DNA from: Parvularia atlantis
Lineage: Eukaryota
NCBI GenBank assembly: GCA_943704415.1
Contig: CALSCO010000868.1
Span: 1 to 32,634, forward strand
Reading direction: 5' to 3'
Length of the DNA: 32,634 nucleotides
This document shows positions 10,043 to 22,000 of this stretch, piece by piece. The translations under genes and the position numbers were made by a program. Numbering within the stretch: position 1 is the first letter of the stretch; each line of letters opens with the position of its first letter. The notes beneath the pieces were generated by a model, which saw only the letters and a list, made by a program, of their open reading frames with translations, made no database searches and was not told the DNA's origin.

Positions 10043-13000
10043 ATGCGGCTGGCCCCGCTCGTGTTCGTCGCCCTCCTGGGTGCGGCAGCGGCGGCCACCT
10101 CGGCGAGCGCGCAGGTGTGCACGTCGCAGGCCCAGCCGATCAGCGTCGTCGTGCCCGCAGGCTTCGTGAACCGTGCGCGCATCACTCGACTCGCGGCTCG
10201 CGGCTCACCGGCTCACCCGTGCCCGCGCGCGCGTGCACGCAGAGGGCTTCCAGACGGCCGTCGCGGGCCAGGCGATGCCCGCGTCGTCCACGTGCACCTT
10301 CGCCTTCTCCTTCGCCAGCACGCTCCCGTCCAGCGCCAGCCCCGAGCCGTACCCGCTGCTCGTCAACTTTGACTTCAACGGCGGCGCGACCAACTTTGGC
10401 GCGAGCTACGCCATCTACGACACGTCGACGCAGGCCACGCTCACCTCGGCCAACCTGCTGGTGCGCGCCCTCTGGGGGAAGAGGGGGGGGGAATTATTTC
10501 CTGAACCAACGCGCGCGGATACGCAGGGCACCTTCTCGGGCTCGACGTTCACGGTCAACACGAATGGCCCCAAGGCGCGCTACACCGGCCCCCCGGCCAA
10601 CGCGCAGTACACGACCACGTGGAACGGCGCGGACCTGCGCCTGCGCGCCATCTCGTTCGCCGTCGTCGTGACCTCGGGCGCGACGCCCCTCCCCGGCTTC
10701 CAGACGCTCGTGCAGATCGCGTCGCACGTGAGCGGCTACGACCTCGACAACGACGGCTACACCTGGCCCAGCTACGACTGCTGCGAGACCCAGCGCAACG
10801 ACACCGCGCTGACGGGCTACCCGGGCTGCTTCTACCCATCGCAGGTCAACATTGGCGCGTTTGAGATCGGCGGCAACGGCGTGGTCGACGCCGGCGCGGG
10901 CGCGAGCTGCACCGCGCGCTCGGGCGCGAGCAACAGCCTCACAAACGACGTGAGCGAGAGCCAGACGTGCTCGTTCGCCTCGGACGCGTGCAACGCCTAC
11001 TCGAGCTCGGGCCTGACCGGCGCCAACTGCCCGATCTACACCGGCACGCGCCTGCTCCAGGCGATGGACATCTGCCAGTTCAACCGCCCCTACACCGTCC
11101 CGCCGGCCCAGAGCGCGACCAGCCTGACGAACCAGTGGTCCGTCACCTCGTCCTCGCTCACCCTCGCCGACGGCACCTCGGCCTCGCGCGGCACGGTCAG
11201 CTACGTCGTCTACTCGGGCTATTACGGCTGCTACTGGTCCACGGCCACGGTCAACTGCGCCGGCCGGAGCAGCAACGCCAACTACTACGGCTTTGCCGAC
11301 CAGTCGGCCGTGCTCACGCCGGCCATGCTTGGCCAGACGGCCTTCTTCGCGGGCAACGTGATCGTGGGCGACACCATGGCCGTGCTCTCGACCGGCTTTG
11401 CGGCGTCGCACTCGGGCGCGTACTCGCTCGGCGGGTGCCTCACGTCGCGTTCGTCGGCCCTGCCCTGGTACAACGCCAAATGCAACTCGTACTACCCCAT
11501 CACGGCCAACGTGCCCTCGTCGTACCTGAGCAAGCACAACAACGTGCTCGAGACCTCGGGCGGGTGCAACACGGGCTCGGCCAGCGTGTACGACTCGATC
11601 ATGCTCACGGCCGTCATCACCGCCCCGACCAACGCGCTCTCGTTCAGCTACAACCTGCGTTTCCTCTCGCAAGAGTTCCCGTACTGGGTCTGCACCATCT
11701 ACAACGACTTTTTCCTCGCGCTCATGTCGTCCGACGACCCGCGCTACGGCACACCCGGCGTCGGCAACAGCCCCATCCCCGCCGACGGCAACATTGCCCG
11801 CGCGCCCTCGGGCGCGAGCACGGTCCCGCTCACGATCAACTACGACGCGTTCTTCACCGTGTGCCAGGGCAACCAGCGCAACAGCAACTACAACATCGTC
11901 GGTGCTGCCTGCGTCACCTCCACCTACAGCCAGCTCGTCAGCACCGGTGCGTCCCATTGGCATTGCGGGTTGGTGCTTGCTTGGCTGTTTGGTGGCACGC
12001 GCCCCTCTTGCTCGCCCCTGCCCTCCGCCCCGCCCTCGCACACACACACACACTCACCCCCCTCGTCCGCACAGGGTTCAACTTTGTGGACACCGAGCGG
12101 CCGTCTTGGACGTCGACGTCGGTCAACTTCAACGCGGGCGCGTCGTCGCAGATGCTGACCAACACGGTCAACGTAATCCCCAACAGCCAGTTCACCGTGC
12201 GCTTCCTCATCTTTGACGTGAGCGACTTCCAGTTCCAGAGCACGGTCGTGCTCGACGGCTTCCAGTGGAACGCCCTGCCCGTGCCCGCCGGCGGCTCTCT
12301 CGGCTTCCTCGACCAGTGCCCGACCGACCCGCTCAAGACCGCCCCGGGCATCTGCGGCTGCAACGTCGCCGACACCGACTCGGACGGCGACGGCGTGGCC
12401 AACTGCAAGGACGCGTGCCCGTTTGACAGCACCAAGACCACCTCGGTCGGCCTGTGCGGCTGCGGCGTGAGCGACGTCAACTATCTCGGAGCCGACCCGG
12501 CCTGCGCCACGACCATGCAGTGCTGTGCCACCGGCGGCTACCTCGGCGGCCGGCTCGCCTGGCAGCAGAGCGTCAGCAACGCCCGCGCCGACGAGATGCA
12601 GATCCTGGCCCAGCAGACCCTCGCCTCGGGCGCGTTCTGCGCCGGCTCCAACACGCCCACGGCCTTTGCGCGCTGCTCGACCGTGTCCCTCGCCGGCCAG
12701 ACGGCCGTCTACCCGTCCGTGGGCTCGGTCCTGCCCTCGCACTTCCTCAACTACGGCCTGCTCTGCCCGAGCGCGGTCACGGCCACCCCGGCCACGCCCT
12801 GCCCGGCCAACAGCCACGACGCCATCGTCGCCCTCGCCGCCACGGGCGCGTGGGTCGCCGCCAGCTCGGCCACGGCCTACCAGGGCTCGTACATCTACAT
12901 CAGTGGGCCCACCGCCGGCGCGTCCTACATCGTCAGCCTGCCCGCGGGTATGAGCGGCACGCTCTACATCTCGACCTACGCCACCAAGCCCACCGTCGCC

Positions 13001-16000
13001 CAGACGTTTGCGCGCATGACCGCCACCGTCACGTTCAACGGCGGTGCGTCCTCGGCCACGGTCAACTTTGTCCCGACCGGCCTCGGCTGGCGCGTCCTCG
13101 GCGCCTGGCAGTTCCTGGGCACACCCGCTGTCGAGCGCGTCGTCTTCACCACGGTCGACACGGGCGCGAGCTTCCTGCTCATGCTCAACGCCCTCCGCTT
13201 CACCTCGTACGACCCCGCGTGCGACCTCATGGACGCCACGGCCGCCCTCGGCGCCGCCCAGACTCTCACCTACTACACCTACCTGCCCGGCGGCACCGGC
13301 GCGCGCTTCGAGGCCGCCCCGCTCTCGGGCACGTGCACGCTCGACCTCTACGTCAACGCCAACGTCGACGTGAGCACAACGGCCTTCGTCTACCGCGATC
13401 TGGCCTCGGCCCGCCCCGCTACCGTCGCCAACGCCGCCGTCAACGTCGTCGCGGCCGCCGGCGGCCAAACTTTCGCCGTGCTCGCCGTCGTGGCCACGGG
13501 TTCGTGCACGCCCGAGATCCGCCGCTCGGTGCTCGTGCCCGCGACGGTCGTCAGCGTCAACGTAGCCGACAGCTACGTCGTTGCCCAGGCCTCGACCACC
13601 GTGCACTTCCCCGCCCGCGCCTGCGTCGCCAATCCGGCGCCCTACACCGTCGCGTTCGAGGGCCTCAGCCGCGACACGGGCACGGGCCTGCGCGGCCGCA
13701 GCTACCGCGTCAGCGCCTCGGTCGCCGCGCCCTACACCGCTGTCAACGCCAACGGGCGCTCGCCCGCGCTCGCCCTCCCGCCGCTCCTGCGCGTGCCCTC
13801 GGGCGTCGCGCTCAGCTTCCGCGGCTGGGGCGGCTCGGCCGTGGGCGGGTCGCTTTCGCAGGCGAGCGCGAGCGCGCTTAGTGCCAAGTTCTACCCGCAG
13901 CTGCCCGTTGCCACAGCCGGCGCGCCCGCTTCGAGCTCCTTCTCGGGCTCGTACTCGTTCGGCTACACGTACAACCTGCCCGCGCTCGGCGCCGACTACT
14001 ACCTAGCCTCGGCCGTCGTGACCGACAGCGGCGCCGTGAGCACGCACGACCTCGTCCTGCGCGTGCTCACGCCTGTTGGCGGCAACGTCAACCCGACCGT
14101 TACCATCGGCAGCCCCGTCAATCCACTCTTTCTCAACTGCCCCAATAGCTTCACCGTGACGGGCACGGGCGGCGGCAGCAATGCGGTCTACCTCGAGTAC
14201 GTGCCCCTGCCGAGCACGTGGGCCACGGGCGTGAGCACGGCCACGGCCTCAACCGCGACGACGGCCACGGCCACGATCAGCTTCACGCCGGTCGAGGCCA
14301 CCGCGCTCGCGCTGCTCTATGGCGCGTACGACCTCAAGAACGGCACGGCCTACGCCTCGACTGTGCTCACGCCCACCGCGCGCTCGTGCCCACTCAACAA
14401 CGGCGTGCAGTGCAACAACCGCGGCACGTGCACCTGCGCCGGCACGTGCCAGTGCAACGCGCGCTGGTCGGGCAACGCCTGCCAGACCTACGCCAACACC
14501 GCGCCCACCGTCAGCCCGAGTGCGTTCACGATCAACCAAAACTCGGGCCAGGGCACGTATCAGCTCGTGGCGAGCGACGCCGAGGGCGACGCCGTCACGT
14601 TCTCCAACCTCGTCGGCAGCCAGTTCCACGGCACGATCGCGCTCTCGGCCGCGGGCCTGCTCACGTTCACGCCCACGACCAACTACTTCTCGCCCACGGG
14701 CGCGCCCGACACGATCCAGGTCACCCTGACCGACAACGGTGTCGTGCCGGCCAGCGCCACCTACACCATCACGATCACGATCCAGAAGGTCTACGTGCGC
14801 CCGACCGTGCCCAACTTTGCCGCAACGGTGCAGGAAAACTGCGCGGCGACGTCGTGGAACCTCCTGAGCACGATCACCAACCCCAACGGCTACGCGCTCA
14901 CGTTCTCCCTCCCCGGCACGACCGGCAGCAAGGGCACGGCGTCGTTCGCGGGCTCGATGCTCACGTACGCCTGCGCCAACCTCCAGTACGGTGTCGACAC
15001 GATCCCCTTCCAGGTCAACGACGGCCAGGGCCAGGGCCCGACCGGTGCCAACATCGTCATGACCGTCACGTTTGTGCACCAGGCCCCGACCGTCGCCAGC
15101 TTCACCGTCAACACGGACGAGGACACGCCCGTCTCGCGCACGCTGCAAAGCAACAACATCGACGGTGCCCCGGCCGTGCACCAGATCCTCAGCCAGCCCG
15201 CCCAGGGCACCGTCGTCCTCACCAATGCCGCCACCGGCGCCTTCACCTACACCCCGCAGCAGTACAAGCCCGGCACGTACACGTTCACGTACAACCTGCT
15301 CGAGACGGGCGACGTGCCCGGCCAGCCCGGCACCGCGCGCCTCACGTCCAACACGGGCACCGTCACGCTCGTCGTCGCCCACGTCAACCACGCGCCCACC
15401 GCCCAGGCCGTCGCCATCCAGGGCCTCGAGAACGCGCCGTCAATCGCCGGCACCTACGTCGGCTCGGACAACGATGTCGGCGACACGCTCTCGTACGCCT
15501 ACGTCGCCGGCAGCCTCGCGCCAGCCGGCGCCGGCTCGGTCGTCGCCGGCAGCGGCGCCGCGTTCTCATTTGTGCCCGCGGCCAACTGGTTCGGCACGGC
15601 CACGTTCACCTACCGCGTCACCGACAACGGCGGCCTCTCGGGCACGGCCACGGTCACCGTGACCGTGCTTTTTGTAAACGTCGCGCCCATCGTCACGCTC
15701 AACGCGGTCACGGTCAACCAGAACGCGGGCACGGGCACGTACTCCCCGCTCTGGTCCAGCATCAACTTTGGGCCGAACGCGGCCGTGCTCAGCTTGCTCT
15801 CGGCCAGCGTCGCGGTCATGTCGGACCCGGCGGGCGTGTTTGCGTCGGCGCCCTCGCTCAGCAACGCGGGCGTGCTGTCGTACTCGGTCAAGCCTAACGT
15901 ATTTGGTGTGGCCACGCTCGCCGTCACCGTGCGCAACAACGGCGGCACAGCCAACGGCGGCGTCGACTCGTCCACGACCCAGACCACGTTCACCGTGCGC

Positions 16001-19000
16001 TTCGTCAACCAGGCGCCCTCGTTCATGTCTGTTGCCGTCGCGTCCGTGCCCGAGGACACGCCCGGCCAGGTCGCGCGCACCTTCGCCACCAACATCTCGC
16101 CCGGCCCCGCCGGCGAGAGCGTGCAGACAGTCGCGTTCAACGTCGTCACGGGCGTGTGCACGCCCATCGCCGCCGGCACGCTCTTTGCCGCCGCGCCGGT
16201 CTTTGGCGCGGACGGCATCGTGCGCTTCACGCTCAACCCGCTCTACTACAGCACGTGCACGTACACGATTAACCTGCAGGACAACGGCGGCACGGCCAAC
16301 GGCGGCGTCGACACGTCGGCCAACGCGGTCGTGACCATCACCGTCACGCCCGTGCCGCACGCGCCTGCGTTCAATGCCCTCGCCACGACATGGACCGTGC
16401 TCGAGTCGGCCACGGCCGGCAACGCCATTTCGCTCAACTTTGCCAACGGCATCTTCACGGGCTCGTCGCAGGAGACCGACACGATGGCCTTTGTCGTGTC
16501 GTCGAGCGGCTACACCGGCGCGGCGTACTTTGCCACCGGCCCATTCACGGCCACGCCCACGGTCGCGCCGGCCACGCCGGGCAGCACGGGTGTGCTCCAG
16601 GCGACGCAGCGCCAGTACGCCAACGGCAACGTCACGCTCTCTGTCATCCTGACCAAGCCCAACCTCTCGCCCGTGCTCTCCTCGCCCGCGGCCACGCTCA
16701 ACGTGCGCATCGTCCCCGTCAACAACGCGCCCAGCTTCACCCTGGCCACGCCCACGCTCTCGTACTACAACTCGGACGTGACCTCGACCACGACCGTGAC
16801 GGTGGCGACGGGCGCGGTGGCCGGGCCGGCGGACGAGGTCGCGACGCAAACGCTCGCGTTTGTCGTCACGCACGACTGCGAGGGCTCCGCGCCGCTTTTT
16901 GCGCAGCAGCCCACGGTGACGGTGCAGGGCACGGCCGGCGCGCAGACGGGCGTGCTCTCGTTCTCGATCCAGGCCTACCGCAGCACGTACCTGCTCAGCG
17001 GCGGCAGCTGCACGCTCAGCGTCGTCCTGCGCGACAGCGGCGACACGACCGACGGCGGCAGCAACGCCTCGCCCGCCCAGACCATCACGCTCACGATCAC
17101 CCCGGTCAACCAAGCGCCCAGCTTCACCGCGCCGAGCACGCTCACCTACACCCAGAGCGGCTCGGGCAACATCGTCGTGAGCACGCCCTGGGCCTCGGCC
17201 ATCTCGGCCGGCCCGTACGAGACCTGGCAGATAAGCTCTCTCGCGTTCACGATCACGACCGTGTCGGGCGCGTCGCTCTTTGCCGAGCTGCCGACGGTGT
17301 CGCCCGCGGGCGTGATTGCGTTCCAAATCAAGCCGCTCGTCTCGGGCTCGGCCACGTTCTCGGTCGTGCTCCAGGACGGCTACGGCACGGCGCACAGCGG
17401 CCAGGACACGTCGGCCCCGTTTAGCCTCGTCATCTCCGTGCCCAGCGCGACCTTCCCCGTCTCGTTCCAGATGGTCTCGGCCGTGACCGTGCCGATGAAC
17501 TCGGCCACGTACACCAACGCCGCATTCCTCACCGGCATCGACGCCTCATCGCTCCTCCTCGCGCAGTCGCTCACGGCCTCGGTTCAAGTCACGTCGGGCG
17601 CGAGCCTGCTCACGGGCACGCCCCAGGTCACGATCAGTCAGGCCAGCTTTGACGGCAACGGCGCCGGCGGCGTCGCGGCCGTCTCGTTCACGCCCGCGCC
17701 CGGCGTGACCTCGTTCGGCACCGTCACCTTCTCCGTCACGCTCTCGTCGTCCTCGTCCACCTCGGCCCCGCGCTCGGCCACCGTCACGATCACCTACGTC
17801 AATCAGGCGCCGACTTTTGCCATCCCGCAGCCGGCGCAGGTCGTGCAGGAGGACGTGGGCGCGGTGTCAGTGCCGGCCTTTGCCACGAGCATCATCGCGG
17901 CCGCGGGCAACCCCTACGGCACGACCGTGACCTTTGCCGTCACCTGCACCAACGCCGCCACGCTCTTCTCCGCCGGCGGCGCCCCGGCCATCTCGCCCCA
18001 GGGCACGCTCACGTTCACGTCGGCCGTGTCGGAGGTGGGCACGAGCGCATGCTCGGCCGTCGCCACCAACAACGGCAGCCCCGCGCTGTCGTCTGCCTCG
18101 GTGCCGTTCACGATCGAGTTCACCTACTGGAACCACGTGCCATCGTTCACCGCCGGCGCCGACCAGACGGTGCTGCAGAACGCGGGCACGGTCACGGTCG
18201 CGGGCTGGGCCACAGGCATCCTGCCCGGCCCGCCCAACGAGTACGCGCAGACGGTCGGCTTTGCGCTGACGGGCTTTGATGCGGCGCTGTTTGAGGTCGC
18301 GCCGACCCTGAACGTCGTCGGCACGTCGTACCCCAAGACGGCCACGCTTTCGTTCCGCGGCAAGACCAACGTCTACGGCAGCACCACGGTCACGGTCGTG
18401 CTGAGCGACTCGGAGGGCGCGTCGACCGCGGCGCGCTCGCTCGGCATCACGATCACGTTTGTCAACCAGGCGCCCTCGTTCGCGCTCTCGGCCAGCGCCA
18501 TCAGCGTGCCCGAGTACAGCGGCGCGCAGACCGTGCCGGGCTTTGTGCTCAACGCCGTGGCCGGCCCGGACAACGCGCTCGAGAACGCGCAGACGCTCAC
18601 CTGGATCGTCACGGCCAGCAACGCCGCGCTCTTCGCCAAGGATAGCAACAACCAGCCGCTGCTGGCGATCGTCGGCGGCGCGCTCGAGTACACGCTGGCC
18701 TCCGGCGTCTTTGGCACGACCACGCTCACCGTCACCGCGACCGACAACGGCGGCACGGCCAACGGCGGCCAAAACAGCTTCGCGCTCAGCTCGATCTCGC
18801 TCACTGTGACCTTTGTCAACCGCCCGCCCACGTTCACGTGCGGCGCGGCCACGGTGACGGTGCTGCAAAACTCGGGCGCCAACGCCGTCGCGGGCTGGGC
18901 TTCGGCCATCTCGCCGGGCGACCCAAGCGAGACCGCGACGCAGACCGTGACGTTCAACGTGACCGTGGACGCGGCCTCGCCCATGCCCGTCAGCGGCTTG

Positions 19001-22000
19001 GCCGTCGCGGGCGGCTCGGGCACGCTCAGCTTTGCCACGGTGACGCAGATGTGGGGCTCGGTCGCCGTGACGGTGCAGGCGTGTGACAGCCTCGGCCTAT
19101 GCTCGGTGCAGACGTGCCCCGCGACGCTGCAGGTGCTTTTCGTCAACCAGGCGCCGACGTTCACCCGCGCGCTCGCGACCGTGTCGGTGCTGGAGAACAG
19201 CGGTGCGAGCACGATCGCGGGCGTGTTCACGGGCATGTCGGCCGGCCCGGGCTACAACGAGGCCGCGACGCAGACGCTCGCGTTTGACATCACGGTCGTG
19301 TCGGCCTCGCCGTCCAACCTGCTCGTGGGCACGCCGACGGCCAACGCGGCCTCGGGCGCGCTCTCGCTGCAGCCGCGGGCCAACCTCTTTGGCAATGCGA
19401 CCCTGCGCGTGACCTTGCGCGACGACGGCGGCACGACCAACGGCGGCGTGGACACATCGGCGACGGCGACGGTGCTCGTGCAGGTGCTCTGGGTCAACCA
19501 GGCGCCCTCGGCCACGCTGCTGCAGTCGGTCGTGTCGATGCCGGAGAACAGCGGTGCGCAGAGCGTGAGCGGCCTGTGGAGCGCGATCAGCGCCGGCCCA
19601 GACAACGAGGCGTGGCAGACGGTCGCGTTCACCGTGATCGACACAAGCATCGCCAACCTCAACGCGCCGCGCGCACCCTTCACGCTCTTTGCCGTCGCGC
19701 CGGCGATATCGTCCGCGGGCGTGGTTACGTTCCTGACCAACGCGGACGCGTACGGCACGGCCACGCTCACCGTGCGCCTGCGCGACAGCGGCGGCACGGC
19801 CAACGGCGGCGTCGACACGGCGCCCGCGACCTTCACGCTGACGATCGACGTGACGCGCGTCAACCAGGTGCCCCTCGCCGTGAACGACCTCGCGACCACG
19901 CCCGAGAACCAGGTGGCGACGTTCGGCGTGCTGGCCAACGACTACAGTGACTGGGACTTTGACCTGGGCACGTTGACCCTGCGCGTGGCCTACATCGTGT
20001 CGGCGTCGGTGTCGTCGGGCACGGTCGTGACGGTAGCGGGCAACGGTCTGGGCGTGGTCTACACGCCGCGGGCCAACTGGTACGGCGTCGACACGTTCCA
20101 GTACGTCGCGACGGACGGCGCGTGCACGGCGTCGGCCAGCCTGTGCTTCTCGGCGCCGGCGACGGTGACGGTCAACGTGACGCACGTGTTCATCGCGCCC
20201 GTGACGCAGCCCGTCGCGTTCACGGTCGTGGGCGACGGCGTGTACACGTCGGCCGCCACGGCGCTCTTTGTCGCGTCCACACCCAACGCGGGCGACCCAA
20301 TCGCGTTTGCGCTGCAGTCGCAGCCGGCGCACGGCACGGCCTCACTCGTCGGCGGCGTGTTCACGTACACGCCCACGCTCTACTACTGCGGCCCTGACAG
20401 CCTCACGTACAGCGCGTCGTCAGGCCCGGCCGTGGGCAACACAAGCCCGGTCACGATCACCGTCACGTGCATCAACCACGCGCCCACGGCCAGCAACATC
20501 ACGGCGACGATGGACGAGAACACGGTCAGCAGCAGCGGCAAGACCGTCACCCTCGTGCTCTCGGTGGCCGACGTAGATGCGGCCGACCAGGGCCAGCTGA
20601 CGTACTCGTGCGCGGCGCCGGGCTTCGCCAAGGGCCAGTTCAGCCCCGCGGCAGGCGCGACAAGCGCGACGTCGGTCGCGATCGTCTACTCGCCCACGCC
20701 GTACAAGAACGGCGTCGACGCGATGCGCTGCACCGTTTCGGACCCCGCCGGCGCCACGGCGACGTTCTGGGCGATCGTGACTGTGATCGGCCCGGCGTTC
20801 CACAACCCGCACCTCGTCACGCCGCTCGTGCTCTCGGGCTACTCGGACGTGCCGGGCGCGGGCCAGCTGCAGGCGATCGACTACGACGGGCTCAACACGC
20901 TCGCGTACAGCATCCTCACACCCCCGCCGGCCTCGCTCTGCACCGTCAGCCTCAACACGACCACGGGCGCGTTCACCTACGTCTCAGCACGGCTCCAGTT
21001 TGGCCAGTGCAGCTTCACATGGACGGTCGTGACGGCGCAGAGCCTAGGCCCGGACAACGCACCGGGCCTGGTCCAGATCAACATCCAGGCGGTGCAGCAC
21101 AACCCGGTCACGTACGCGAGCACGCACACGGCGTACCAGAACTTTGTGCTCTCGAACCAGCAGCTCAACGTGACCGACCTCGACTCGAACCAGGCGGGCG
21201 CGGGTCTGACGGTGGCGGTCGTGACGAACACGCCCGCGTCGGCCGGCACGGTCGTGATCACCAACGCGGCCACGGGCGTGTTCCAGTTCACGCCGGCGAC
21301 CAACTACTTTGGAACGACCTCGTTCACGTACCGCGCCACGTCCAACTTTGGCATGCAGTCGAGCGTGACGACAGCGACGATCGTTGTGGTGCGCCTGAAC
21401 CAGCCGCCGACGGCGCAGAGCGGCACGGCAACGACGCCGATGAACACGCCCGTGAACGTGCTCCTGCCCTACACCGACATTGACACGCCCCTGGCCAACA
21501 TGACGTTCGCGATCTTGCAGGCGCCCACGTCGGGCACGGCCGCGATCAGCACCAGCGTGGCCCAGACGGCCGTCTACACGCCCGCGAGCAATTGGTACGG
21601 CGTCGACTCGTTCCGCTTCAGCGTGAGCGACGGCCAGTACACGGCCACGGGCACGATCACGGTCAACGTGACCTTTGTGCACTACCCGCCCACGGCGCAG
21701 GACGCGACGTGGACCGTCCCGGCCAACACGGTGTACCAGGACCAGCTCTCGATCGCCTCGTTCCAGTTCCCGCAGACGCTCACGGCCGTGCTCTTTGGCG
21801 CGGGCCCGCAGAACGGCTCGGTCGTGTTCAACGGCGGCACGCCCTTCCTTGTCACATACACGCCGCGCACATCGACCGACCCCAACTACGCCTCGACCGA
21901 CTCGTTCCAGTTCCGCGCGTTTGACGGCACGCTCTACTCGGCCGTGAGCACCGTGCGCATCTCGATCACGCGCTCGCCCTTCCGCGCCCCGACTGCGGCC

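Noticed and set aside
10967..12074. N-terminal ~370 aa of the listed 4243-aa ORF
   Set aside because: This is an off-frame, Arg/His-rich reading. The real coding frame here is that of ORF 10173-12158 until the intron at 11947-12074.
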